64,000 bases of DNA from the NCBI GenBank assembly GCA_036785375.1, contig JAWMAR010000731.1, forward strand, positions 1 to 64,000, in the 5' to 3' direction. The notes beneath the pieces are model-generated. The model saw nothing but the letters and a program-made list of their open reading frames with translations, was not told the origin of the DNA and did no database searches. This document shows positions 25,201-38,769 of the stretch, piece after piece (position 1 is the stretch's first letter; each line of letters begins with the position of its first letter). The translations under genes and the position numbers were made by a program. The DNA comes from Leucoraja ocellata (Eukaryota).

Positions 25201-27539
25201 AAACTCTCTTGTATTGTGCAACTATGTTACAGTTATCTTGGGACATTTTCCATTAATTTCAATATTAAGCACCAAATCTTGTTCAAATATTATTGTGAAA
25301 CTTTGAACCTGATTTCTATACCCGATGTATAGAAAGATAATCTAAACACAATGGATCTTGAGCAAATGTTATTGTCAATCATAGCTGAATGCAGACACCT
25401 CTCTCTCTGACTATGTACATAAATATCTACTGACCCTTTGGTCCATACACAGTAGAAGTACATTGGCATGTTTGAAAATAACCATTGGAAAGGAATTTGT
25501 AGAACTCTGCATAGTCAGCTGTGATAAGCCATAGACAAATTCATCAAACATATTTGCAACAAATCTTTCACATTATGGGTACATGCATAACTAAATCTCT
25601 TATAGACAAGACAGTAATAAATCCAATGGGTAATTCAGAAGTAACTCTTTCTCCCAAGAGTATGTTGAGTATACAAGCCATGCATCACATGAAGTCGTTG
25701 CAATGAATAGTTTTGATGCATTTAAGTATACGAGGGAGAAACAATGAGAACCTGCTATTGGATGATTGATATAAATAAGAGGACGTTTGTGCTCAGTACA
25801 TACGTATTTGGATGAATTGTTTGAAACAGATGATTAAACATAGTTTATGACCCCAACAGAGGCAATCTTGAGGTATAAAATGAGGATTTGGCATGGCAAG
25901 AGTTGGTTTGTTGCTTAATAAATGTCACCACTTAAAGCTTCACTGTCTAGACTTGTACCTTAAGACCATGCTCAGTCGTAATCATTTTGAATGACTGAGG
26001 ATGTCAACAATCACAACAGTTCAATCACAACACAAATATATTTTTTACTGGCATTAGTGGGCAGCCAAAGGACAAGGGCTGATATTGAAGGATTTATTTC
26101 GTCTGAAGTATCATAATATTACTGACCAAGCCCCTAATTGGTATTTATTAACAGTTGGCAATTAACTAACAGCAGGTTGTTACTGTTAATAAGGTCAATA
26201 TTAGCAGGCATGAAAACACTTCACATAGTCTATGAATGCTCCTCCACCCTACTTAACCCTCACTCCCCATAGAAAGGAAACATACCCACAACTGATACAG
26301 CACAATTTACCTTTCAGTCATGTTTTCCAACATCCATGTAGATTTCCCTATTTCAACCCCCCCGGGTTGTTTTCATTCACAACGCTATAAAATGGAACAG
26401 ATCCGAATAATATGCCCTTTGTTATCCTCTAAAACATCCCCTCGGATGTTCTTCGATTTTTATTCATATGCGCTTCTTGCTCGCAAAAGGTTAAGCAACG
26501 AGTCTATTATTAGAACAAGCCTGAAAATAGCCATGTGATGGATGTAATAGAGGAAACGTTTGACTTCATCGTAGATGAACCCTCTTCTCCTTGCCCGTAA
26601 TCGCATTATTCGCCCGCACTTACCCACGGGGATCATATGAAGTAATACTTGGCGCTGGAATCGGCCGTTCAGAACGGACAATGTAGAGGCGCGCATGCAA
26701 ACGAGTGAGCTCACACAAATACATACATGCACACACAGATACACAAACACACTCACGTACCTATATAAATATTCATTTATATTAACAACAAACATAACGT
26801 GACCCGAAGAAGCCCCAGGAACTATATATAGTAGAACACAATGTGAACACGTGAAGTCAAGTGCTGGATTATATAGTGGCGGGTTCCTGCAGCTGAAAAC
26901 AACCAGAATATTTTTATATTACAGTGCTAATTATAACAGCGTGTAAAATTATGCGGAACACCACTGTTCTATATAGGGAGCAGGCAAACGCAACTCATAA
27001 ATGAAAACAGGGAATACCTGGGAGCACTCGGCAGGTTAGGCAGCACCCACGAAGAGAAAAAAACACAGTTAATGTTTCAAGTCAACGACCTTTCATCAAA
27101 ACTGACCTACTGAGCATTTACAACGTTTTACTTCAGGTTTCCGGGATCTGCAGCCTTTGCCTTTTAGAAAGCCAAACTCATTATCAGAGACAATATGTCG
27201 GGAAGTAAAATCGCAACCTGCTCCAATAAATCTAGCCAGGTATCTGTTGCACCCTCTACCATTTTCCAACATCAAACCACCTGTAACTGCATCTGCCTTT
27301 GATTCCCAATGGGAGTCTCGTCAATTGGAATAACATAACGCGTGTAATTCTCCCTAACTTTATGGATATGAGCTTTCTCTCTGCTTCCAGATCTAATCAA
27401 CGGTGAATACACAATTCACTGATATGCTGAATAATTTAAAATTATGCCTTTATTTTGGTATTTCTGTTTGTATCGTGGTAAAGGAACGGATCGAGCAGAA
27501 AAAAAAAGCTGGTTAGTGATTTGAAGATGATGTTCTAAA

Positions 27540-27560
27540 TTCAGCACCGAGGACAGCAGC
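27540..27560 (+). promoter_or_regulatory. RE1/NRSE (REST site) 1
   Basis: TTCAGCACCGAGGACAGCAGC versus consensus TTCAGCACCACGGACAGCGCC; both half-sites intact with the 2-bp spacer. Confidence 0.85.
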
Positions 27561-27577
27561 ACGGTGAAAGGGGGGCG

Positions 27578-27598
27578 ATCAGCACCATGGATAGCTCC
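27578..27598 (+). promoter_or_regulatory. RE1/NRSE (REST site) 2
   Basis: ATCAGCACCATGGATAGCTCC. Confidence 0.75.
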
Positions 27599-29729
27599 CT
27601 GGTTAACTCCACGGTTAGTGCCTGATCAGCTTGCTAGAGAGCGGCAGACATCTGGGATTTAAAACCGCAGCGGCCTTCTGCCTTTTACATTGGAAGCCAC
27701 ACGGGACACACACAGTTTGTTCGCTCCAAAGCCATGATCAAAATATCCATCCCCACGCGTTTTCTGCAACGCTAGGAAGCATGCAGACCAAGAAGACAAA
27801 ACCCTACAGGCAGTCACAAACCCGGGCAAAATGTATGCCGACACAAACACGCGAATGCAGAGATACGAGCATATAGTGAACGTAGATGAAGAGTAACAAT
27901 ACTTTGAATGATGTAAATACAAACTAAACGTCAACACGACATGCTGGATGAAATATACACAATTGTTTAAGAGTAACTGCACACACACAGATGCACGCAA
28001 TCTACTCTAGCCCATCATATCCCATAACTGACAGACACATTGTGAACGCACACTCACTCTTACACACACGCACGCAGTTTACTTATAATACTATCATTCC
28101 GCTCATGATTTAATGGTTGGATGTTGAAAACATAAACGATTGTATGCAGCGTATCCGGGAAATGTCCACCGCCCTGCCAATATTCTGGGGCCGGCAGGGG
28201 TGGGAATGTGACCTGTATCCCATTCACCGGCCACGCACCAAGTCAGCACCCACCTCCCGCTTGGGTTAGGAGCGTTCCCTGGAATCTGCGAAAGTTCTTA
28301 CCGTCTGCACTCAGTTATCGCCGGAGTTTGAGATCAGGAGGCGAGGGGCACCTCGTGGGTAAAACAAACGCTCTCAGAATAAGGATCCTTTCCATAGGGC
28401 GATAAGTCCCAGTCACTTGGAAATCAGATGGTTGTCGGATAAAGCCCCAGTCAGCGCGTTTCAAAAATCCTCCCACTAAACTGTTTGAGAAGAGAAACAG
28501 TGTAATTTTTACTTCGCTGTTCTGCCTTAAGAGAGAATAGCGCTCTAACGCATTATTGGTGCATGTCCTGTCTCCTGTTCTCCAACGCACCAGCGTTTAA
28601 GCTTCTCCGTGGTCCTAAAGCCCATCAAATGCAATACCCCAAACACAGCCGCACTTTCGGAACGCAACTAGGCAGAGCCGTGACACTTGTCATCTCCTCT
28701 GGTTTCGAGTGGTGTCTTGCAGTCCAACTGCCACCAGTGGGGCAGGCACATGGTGATTGTTTCAGTGGCGGCGTTGAGTCGTAGGGAGGACTCCACTTCG
28801 GTTCGTTCACCATCTCTTCCTCGGTCAGGACGATGGGGGCAACCCTGTAACACCACAACCGAGAAACGGCGCCTCCAAGAGCCACGTTTTAATTCAGCAG
28901 CGAAATACTGGTCGTTATACCGGATCTTGAACCGCAAGCGACAGAGGTAACGGGAAGAGCGGTATCAACCGAGCCAAACGTAGGGATGTGTTACAATGGA
29001 GCTGATTTCGTTGTCACTCCCAAAGGAAAGTTGAATGTGAGAGAAACACATGAATGTCTGTGGGGAACTGAGCGGCGTATTGGATATAACATTAGAGCTT
29101 TTGCAAAGAGCGGGTACAGAAACAATGGACTGAATGGCCTCCTACTTTGCTGCCTGCTCCCACATAACGGGAAGGTGATAATCAATCCGACACCTACCCC
29201 GTTTACCCACACTCTCTGTTATTTTGGACTGTAACTGAAAATCTGCTTTCGTGAGTCTGTGGATTCCCCGGGGGAACACGAATGCCCACCTCTCCTTATG
29301 CATTGGAAAGACTCCACATTCATAGCCTATGCTCCCCCGATCTCTGTCATCTCGCAGTTTACATCTCATTGTGTCTAGCCCGGGGTTGCCCGCTCATCGG
29401 AACTCCCGAAGCCTCCACAAATCCATCTCCCGCACAGTACTGCCTGCACACACAGGAGTATGGGGAAAAAAAACATCCCTTTATGCCAAGATAATATTTG
29501 CTTTGTTTTTATAATTTAAGAGTGAAATACACTGGGGAGGGAAAGATCGATCGAGTTGATGAAATCCCCAGGAACAAATCCGAGCAAAACTCAGGGCACT
29601 GAGCCTGACTGCGGATGGGAAGATGAAAGAAGCATGATCACTAACCCAATCCACTGAAACATATATCTCTGAACCGCGGCCATTGATGTAACAAGGGGAA
29701 GCGAGTGCAAGAACAGGGAGCGAGAGAGA

Positions 29730-29865
29730 GATGTTTAAGAAAGAACTGCAGATGCTGGAAAAATCGAAGATAGACAAAAAAAAGCTGGTGACACGGGTGA
29801 GGCAGCATCTATGGAGCGAAGGAATAGGCAACGTTTCAGTACGAGACACTTCTTCAGACTGATGA
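29730..29865 (-). mobile_element. Penelope-like terminal repeat
   Basis: GAACTGCAGATGCTGG...CTTCTTCAGACTG on the + strand. Confidence 0.7.
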
Positions 29866-30089
29866 GAGAGAGAAATCGGGAGACTGGGGATGGATGTGGA
29901 AAGATAAATGGATTTAACATCTCGGGTCACTGAGCAGAATTCTCTGAGCAGAGCAACTGCCGTCGTGTGGAGCTTGGTCCCACAGCATGCAAGACCTTAA
30001 CTAGCAGGTTGCCCGCCTGAGGCCGATCAGTGGACAGATCTATTGGGCAAGCAACATTCTGCAGAACGCCGCGTTCCCGGGACCGGGTG

Positions 30090-30452
30090 GTGTGTGTATA
30101 AAACCATGAGAGGCATAGATCGGGTAGATGCACAGAGTCTCTTGCCCAGTGTAGGCGAATCGAGGAGCACAGGACAGAGGTTTAAGGTGATTGGGAAAAG
30201 ATTTAATAGGAATCTGAGGGGTAACTTTTTCACACAAAGGAGGGGGGGTGTATGGAACAAGCTGCCAGATGAGGTAGTTGAAGCAGGGACTGTCCCAACG
30301 TTTAAGAAACAGTTAGATAGGTGCATGGATAGGACAGGTTTGGTGGGATATGGACCAAACGTGGGTAGGTGGGACTAATATAGATGGGACATGATGGCCG
30401 GCGTGGGCAAGTTGGGCCGAATGGCCTATTTCCACGCGGTGTCACCCTATGA
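30090..30452 (+). mobile_element. CR1 3' fragment
   Basis: VYKTMRGIDRVD...NFFTQR..VWNKLPDEVVEA. Confidence 0.9.
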
Positions 30453-30591
30453 GACGGTCATTGTGTGAGCGGGTCTGTGGGGAAAGAGAACACACTGCCC
30501 GAGTGTGGGCGGGTGCCCAAGGCAGGGTCGATAGTCTTGGCAATAGGCAGATTGCAAGTGGCAAGTTTAGAGATGTTGCCTGAGGACAGCA

Positions 30592-30830
30592 AACATAGAA
30601 ACATAGAAAATAGGTGCAGGAGGAGGCCATTCGGCCCTTCGAGCCAGCACCGCCATTCATTGTGATCATGGCTGATCATCCCCAATCAATAACCCGTGCC
30701 TGCCTTCTCCCCATATCCATTGACTCCACTAGCCCCTAGAGCTCAATCTAACTCTCTCTTAAATCCATCCAGTGATTTGGCCTCCACTGCCCTCTATGGC
30801 AGGAAATTCCACAAATTCACAACTCTCTGG
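30592..30830 (-). mobile_element. Young CR1-like 3' end
   Basis: Same family as 17920. Confidence 0.85.
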
Positions 30831-31497
30831 GTTACTCCAGCAGTTTGTGTCTATCCTCGGTGTAAACGAGCATCTGCAGTTCCTTCCTACAGAAAACATT
30901 CCCCCTGGCCCGAGCCTTCACACAAAGGATAGTGTTAGGCTGAGCGGCCGGTAAGATTGGAGATGTGCTACTCTTGGCCTGCAAGGTGTGCTGCCCTGAC
31001 AAAAGGCATGACCTGAAATGATAATTGTTCCTCTTTCTACAGATGCTGCCTGGCTGGCTGAGTGTTTCCAGCGGTTTTTGCTTTTAATTCGGACTTCCAG
31101 CACCTGCAGTTTTTTGATTCTCATTTGCTTGTTCCATGGGTATCCCGTGGCCCAGGAAAATGTTACCGAACATTTTAAATTGCAACCATCCATCTCATCA
31201 GCCCAAGTTCCTAATCAAATTGTTATTAGAGATTATTGGTTTTCAAGAAAAAGTTGGAAAGTTAAATTGATCTGTGTATTTCCACCCCTGTCCTTTTCAA
31301 ACTATGTTTTTATATATTAATATACATAGAAAATGATAATTCAAATTGTGAACACAATTGTGAAGGTCTTATCAACCTTCATCCAAGTTACACCAACAAC
31401 CTGCCATCTCCCAGGCTATTACATTCACACAGTAAGTCAAGGGAAACTGTCTGGGGGTCTGATCTTTCATTCATGCCAGTTCCACTCCCTGTTCCTT

Positions 31498-31541
31498 GTA
31501 ACATAGCAACCCACCTTCTTGTTAATGGGTTACATAGCAAC
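31498..31541 (+). promoter_or_regulatory. Two RFX X-box-like motifs
   Basis: GTAACATAGCAAC (31498-31510) and GTTACATAGCAAC (31529-31541). Confidence 0.45.
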
Positions 31542-32292
31542 CAAATGTGTTTATTATACATTCTCATTGATGAAATTAGAGGATTGTTTACAGAATATTA
31601 TTTTGCAGTGTGGCCCGATGTGAATTTGGGATTATTCCTCCTCTGGGTCAAAGGAGGAAATTATGATTTTAACTGTGCAGTCTTCCTTCTGGATTTCCTT
31701 TCCAGTTCAGTGCATTCCACAGTTTCAGACTCTGTTGATCACAAACGAGCGGTCCATTTTCCTTCAAAGATCCACACAGCAATATTTGGTTGATAGTTTT
31801 TCTGTCAAGGCTGAGTGCCTATGCTAAGGGTGTAGATAAAATAGTGCTGGCGAGCAGGCAGTTGCTTCTTCACTGTCATCCATGGAACAGGCTTGTGAAA
31901 AACCAACTTGCATTCATGTGCCACTTTTCCAGATCCCGCAGCATCCATAAACATTCCACAGCCATTGAAGAAGTTGTGCGGTGTTGCGATGTTCAGGCAG
32001 TCAATTTGTGTACAGCATGAGCGGAAATCCCAGGTGGGACGGGGGAAGCCCGTCCCCTTCATGTTTTGAGAGGTGGGGGAGTAGCTGAGGTGAACTATTG
32101 GAAGAGATCACAAAATTGTGTTTCTGGAGAGGATGTTTTCCCTGCTCACTGTGATTGGGAATTCAGGAATTTCCAAAACACAGCTCGCCTGTACCACAGG
32201 AATTTCCTGTGTTTTCCATAAAGGAATCTGATGGATGCTTTCATGGATCATAAGAGAACATTCTCCCTGCGTGTGTCCCTGAAGGCTATTTC

Positions 32293-32523
32293 ATAGAAAC
32301 ATAGACATAGAAAATAGGTGCAGGAGGAGGCCATTCGGCCCTTTGAGCCAGCACCGCCATTCATTGTTATCGTGGCTGATCGTCCCCAATCAATAACCCT
32401 TGCCTGCCTTCTCCCCATATCCTTTGATTCCACTAGCCCCTAGAGCTCTATCTAAATCTCTCTTAAATCCATCCAGTGATTTGGCCTCCACTGCCCTCTG
32501 TGGCAGGGAATTCCACAAATTTC
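32293..32523 (-). mobile_element. Young CR1-like 3' end
   Basis: Same family as 17920. Confidence 0.85.
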
Positions 32524-35500
32524 ACCACAGGGAGTCACTAATCTTCACCCACTTGATACCCTCAAACATATTACTTTGCAGCATCAGCAATCATGTGGTG
32601 AGTCTCAGTGGAATTTCTCCCCATTCCATCCCACCAACATCAAGAACAAATTGAGCATCTTTAAGGCATCTTTGATTTGATGCCAGTTTCTTCTTTTTCC
32701 ATGTTTTCCTTTAAACGTCCGGAAAAGGGTTACATAGAAAAAAAATAATTTACTTTGCATCTTATCACATGCTGAGGTTCTGAGTTCAAAGAGTTTTCTA
32801 TTGTAAACAACAACAGAATATGACCAGTAATTTTGTGTGCGGCTTTGGTTAGCTAAGCAATCTGATCAACCTTCAGTTTTGCCCTCTATCTTTTTCTATG
32901 ATAAGTGCACCTAATTTTCCATCTGGGTGTGTTGCAGTGTATCCTATCACATCCACTCCCTCCTTTCTCTCCACCTTAAACACGTTTGTGTTCTTACTTC
33001 CCCAGTTCTGATGAAAGGTTACTTGATCTGAAGCATCAGCTCTGCTGACTGATGTTGCCTGACCTGCTGTGTGCTTCCAGCACTCTCCGATAGTGTACCA
33101 GTGACAGCACATCAATTAAATGTTGCAAAGCCCAGTTGATGGAGTTGCTGCTTCATGCTTGGTGGAATCTGTTTTCTTCCTAAAATCTTGATTATTATAC
33201 AATTATTTATTACTTCAGTCTAACAATTGCAGCAAAATCCTTGTGAGACAGATCAGATCGTTGGACAAAGAAATGCCCTTGGTTGACTCAATGCTGCCTT
33301 CAGTGGATGAATTCATTCTTTTGAGGTCATTTTAAGTTCTCATAGCAGAAAACTGTGATGCCTTATATAAAATATTTTTTAACTGGGGCTGAGTGAACAA
33401 CAGCTTGCTTCAATTTTTAAAAAATGTCACAGATTTAACTTGTAGTCAAAAAGTAAAGCAAAAGGGGCTGGTGGCGGAAGTGGTCCAAAAATGAGCCCAA
33501 ACGTGTTCAGCTTTATCTGGTCTATTACTTTTGATGGAAGAGTCTCTGCAATTTCCATAAATAGAGGGAAATTACCTCTTTTCACTTTACGTGGAAAACC
33601 AATGAAATACTATAATACTGTCTACAATACTGGAAAAATATTTAGGGATATGGTAAAGCAAAGGCATATGGTATTGAGATAGAGAATTAGGAATGATGGA
33701 GCAGGTTTAAAGGGCTGAATGGCCTCTTCCAACTTTCAATTTCCATGCTTTTTAAGTTTGAAAAAAAAAATTAAATCCATAACTTACATGGGTGAGATAT
33801 GAATGACTCATTACCAGTTTTTAATTTTACAACTAATGGAATTAGAACAGACCCCTCGCCAAATATGCCTCCACACCCACGCCCACTGCCTCGAAAGCAG
33901 ACATTAATAAAACTAGCTCTTTCATTAATCTGGGATTTTGGAACAGAGTTAACCAGGAGCAGACTGTGGCACTTTGTGAGTTTGTTCATGCTGATTCTTA
34001 CTGTGTATACGTTACTGAGACTGCTGACTGATACCTCGAATATTCACTGCATTCAAAAACAAATTGGATCAATTTTGCACCTGTAGAAGAGCAACAAGAC
34101 AGGAGTTAGGGATCAGAAAGAGATGTACCACTGTGATAAGAGTCAGATGATAATGCAACTTGAAAGGATAGTGAGCTCTGCAAGGCTGTTGTGAACAGCA
34201 GGTATTAGGGACAACAAGAGCTCGTGAAACCATCTAACATCAGCCCACATCATTAATAGTGAATGGGGAAGTGATATGATAGCAGCGATATACAATTTCA
34301 CTGTTTTGAAGGAAGGTCAGTCGCTGTGAATTCTGAGCAGGTCCTGATATCCAGCTGGGATAAAGCCATTTCTGTCTAGTTTATGGCCTACATTAAAAAT
34401 GTCAGAGAAAATCAATTCCTCACATTCTGTCTCATCGGCACACTGGAGGGATGGTTGATTGCATGCTTAATGTATTCAGCTTGTATGGAAGCTAATTTCT
34501 ATTGATCACATTCTGGGAATGAAATGTCTACTCTGTTGCCGGTTGTGCAAGTCAAGAATTCTAATTGCTTCTTTCCCAGCCTGAATGACACAGCCCCAAC
34601 AAGTGTTTGATAAAGAGCAATCTGCTTTGATTTTGCATAAAGCAAGTCAGTCATGTATTATCTTGCTCCCAATTTTCATTTAAGCCAATGAGTGAGATAT
34701 ATAATGACTAACTAATCTGATACTGCCCATATCGTCCAAATTATCCCCAGTGTTTATTCTGTTCAAATGCCATCTAAATCGACGTGATTCTTAAATTGCA
34801 TCTTGATTAATTTAGAGAACCATCTTCACGATGGAATACCATTACATCCAAATATATCACAACTAATGAAGAGCAAACTTCCTCATATTTAAAAGATAGA
34901 AATTCTGATCATTTTGATTAACAATTCTGATAATCTGAATGACCATTCTAGGATAATAAGCAGATTAAGCAAAATAGATTAATATTATATACAGCAGAAT
35001 ACAGAGATTGGTTTATGTAGAACTGTTCTTGTCTTTATAAATGAGTCATTAATTCTCCCAATAATCTTCCATAATGATCTGTCTCAATGCGTGAAATCTA
35101 ATGAACCAAAACTGAACAACACTAGGGATTCTTGTATCAAGAAGATTTCAGCCTCTTGAAGTGCAAATAAATCATTTTAAGTCACATCATCAAGATGTCA
35201 TACCTTTGCCCAAATTAAAGTGGTAACTCTAACAGTAATCTTCATGCCCAATCATTTGCGGACAGTAGTGGAATTCCTCTTTGTTCATCAGCATAGAGAA
35301 CTGCAAATAACAAACTCACAGCAAGGATTTAACATGGGTCCAATGCTTTTGATTAGTGGTGGTTTCAAGTCCGACACCAACTATTTTTACTGCACGGTGC
35401 TGAAATAACTAATTGTACTCAAATCATGACAAAGGCAGACTGCGACTGACGGATTCATTTCATATTGTTCTCTCAAAGCCAGGAGAGGAACTGTGTTCAT

Positions 35501-35659
35501 CCCACCAAGCAGTTGGATGTGAATTATGTGCATTCTGTGGATTATGTGCATTCTCTATGGCATCTCTCAATCATGTTTATAACATCTCTTTTTGGAGAGG
35601 TACATGGCGAGTTAATGATTTTCCACGTTGTGCTTTATTCGGACTGTATCTCTGGTGGG

Positions 35660-36080
35660 CAGTAGGCAGATGCTCTAGACCTGCACGGGAAGGTAGACGC
35701 TCCCGCCTCCACCCCCACGAGTCTCGGGCAGATGGGGCTCGTCAACCTGGGAAGGCAGTCCATCCAAGAGAGGGAAAACTTTGATTTAAACCTCCACTGC
35801 CTTGCGGTCATATCCAGTCATGGAAAAGGCTCCTCAAGAAAATCCGGAGTTGGAGCCCCTAAGTCAGTTCGTCATTGTCTACAACCTCGCTCTGGCAGCT
35901 CCTGTGATGGCGCTGGTGCCAAACTGTAACGGCCCTGCTGTTCCTTTGGATCGATCAGCAACGTGGAGAGGGGAGACGTGCTGCATGGGCAACAGCCTGT
36001 CCTCCATATGACATCCCCCAGGCTTGCATCCGACCAGGATGCATCACCCATGGTCAGTCATGACCGAGAGGGGCCTACAA
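35660..36080 (+). mobile_element. Probable RTE-derived short non-autonomous element
   Basis: GGGAAGGCAGTCCATCCAAGAGAGGGAAAACTTTGATTTAAACC resembles RTE 5' UTR motifs; a GC-rich island in AT-rich DNA. Confidence 0.45.
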
Positions 36081-38769
36081 TCTCTATTAAGGGAACATAT
36101 ACAAAGTTCAATGTAGAAATACACAAATTCAGGGAGCCAATCTACACTGGATTTCCGACTGACTTCCTCTCTGGAGCACTAGGTCAGTACACGATCTTTG
36201 TGGTGTTACAATTCCTCCACTGTTCCCATTAGGTCAAAACTCAGTCCCAAAACATTTAATATTGAAACTGTAAGCATTAGTCAAAGGCCAAAGTGGTACG
36301 AGGTGCCTTGTGTTCTGAAAAGTTAATTGAAGGTCTCAGTCACCAGCACTTCAATTTACAAATGAGTTCTGACACATTAGCTAATAAAAAAAGCCGTCAG
36401 AATATCCTGAGCTCTTGAATATTTTATATGTGAAATTAATGTCATTTTGAAAAGATAAATCTAAACCTTATTAATACTGAATTAAATGGCATGCAACCAA
36501 AATGACTGACAGTAAAGAGGGAAATACTAAATGTGAAGTAGGAAATAATTAAACATGTGTCAATACATTTATTTGCAAAATCTAAGTGAAAAGACACAAA
36601 GGCCTAGACGGCAGATTATTGCTATTAATTAATTAATTAAAGTCAAAAGAAAAACACAAGTCCAGAGCCAGGAGTTATGTGCTGCCAAGACTCTACGATT
36701 TGGTTGAAGGCAAGACAAGAGATTCCACCATTTTCTGGTGCTAAATGTCAAAAAGTTATTGTACTAAGTGGATGATCATAAGATGAACCAATCCATTTGG
36801 CTCAGTTCATCTTGAAGGTCCCAATAGTTTTTGAAACAATTAAACATAATGTTTAAAAGATAGTTGGATGACTATGTGAATCACCATGGCATAGACGTCA
36901 TGCTGGTAATTGCTGGCAAATAGGTTAATGTGCCAATGTGTCTCCATTTTACTGCAAGTAACTAGGGTTAATATGGATGTCTTCTTGATGGTTGGTATTG
37001 AAATGGTGAGCCTGAAGGGCCATATTACGTGCTGAATAAGTTGTGACAGCGCCCCCCTCCCTTGGATGCCGTTCTGATCTTGAGCCTCTAAGCCTGGGAC
37101 CGCCAGCACCTCCTCCAGGAGGCAAAGGTGAACTGCAGGGAGAGAAGCCTGAGATCGCCATGCCTCCTCCTTCGAGACTAGGACTGAGCTGCCGGGACAA
37201 GCCCGAGATGGCCAGCTCTGCCTAACATGCACGCTGATGAAGAGGGACAGCAACCCCATGCAGTCCTGGACTTACTTGTCACTGTATATAAAACATCATA
37301 TGAGTTCACCCCACTGCAAGTGTTGGTGTGATTATTGCCGGTGTCATCCCCGATGCCAGAGTCCATAACTCTAACTCCAGTGATTCACCAATGTATATGT
37401 ACGTGAATTTCAGATCCGCTCACTCTTTGTAGATCAGCATTAAATATCAGCGCAAACTCTAGTTAAAAACTAGACAGCAAATATTATGAGCTGATAACGA
37501 GAGGTGGACAAATGAATAGTGTATAATGTACATTGTCAACCTATATCAGAATTTTGTACATTGAGAAGCCTGGGTGAACTGTATTATCGGCATTGTGATT
37601 CCAGTATATATCAAAGTCATTGTTGTGATTATTTGCATATCAGAACTATGCACCAAAAAGAGTTAATGATGTTGTGGCAAATGTTTATAAATCAACAAAT
37701 ATCTAAGTACCTACTTATTCTGAAGATGTTTCTTTCCTATTAGAAGTAGGAATTGTTTAATATCACTGAATTTCCATCACCAAACATTTGCAGCCACAAT
37801 GCTGCAGTTTGTCAAGGCACCTTTACTGGAGTAATATATGCCCTTTGAAATGCAGATGTGGCTTGGTTAAATAGCAATGTGTTGGACTAAGATAACTGTG
37901 ATCCTTTAAACGTATTAAATTTCATTCTTGCATCCAATGTCAGCACTGATTATAAAACTGGCAGAACTTGTACATGCTCTCAAATATTAATATTGTGTCA
38001 TTATTCTCTGTAATGATGTGTCAATGAAGTAAGCGAGAGAATTAGCAGAGTATCTCCTTTTAAACACGAGCACCCCTTCCAACCTGTAAAGCTCAATTTA
38101 TGGAAACCACAGAGATTTTATCACAGAATACTTACCACTGAGGTTGTACGTGGCAACTCTGCTGAAGATCATCATTCTAGAGAATGTGCAGAAGAGATTA
38201 AATCATGTCAAGCAGATATTAGAGTTAGTTAGGATGTACAAGGATTATGTCAAGTTCCTGGTAGCTAGGTCTTCAGTTTCCAGTGAAAGTAAAACTGAAT
38301 TGTGGTCCTTTAGATATGTACGCCATTTAAATCTTCTTGAAGTGAAGATTGATTATAAGCATTTTCTTGCAAGTGAAAAAGCTCTTTGAAATATCCTTGA
38401 TCTAACCATTCTCTTATTTGCACTTCTTTAGGCTGATGAATAAAAGAGGATTCCAATATTGTCAGCTGTGGAATGAAGCAGACTGTCAGGGTCGCCATTA
38501 TAATTTGGGCAAATGTGTGTCTTTTTGATGAAGTGACTTAAAATAAATGACTTTGAACTTCAAGAGATTGAGGTTTTCTTGCAACAATGGTTCCCTCGTG
38601 CTCATTTTAGATTCATTAGATTTTGCACATTGAGAAGGATCTCTGAGACAATAAGTGAGTCATTAATAGTTAAAACAATTGAATAATTGAACATTATGAC
38701 ATAAATTTACTTTCTGATTTGGTTGTATGTAGTCTTAATCTTTTTCTTTAACCCAATCATTGAACTACC

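Larger units (their letters stand above)
26550..29000 (-). promoter_or_regulatory. CpG-enriched, repeat-poor putative RASL10B promoter / non-coding first exon region
   Basis: CpGs are visibly retained compared with the flanks. Minus-strand donors ACG|GTAAGA (intron starts at 28301) and TGG|GTAAGT (26623). The coding exon has an acceptor, so an upstream exon is required. Confidence 0.55.

Noticed and set aside
28729-28746. TGCCACCAGTGGGGCAG as a CTCF site
   Set aside because: The 3' half is out of register with the RKGGC core.
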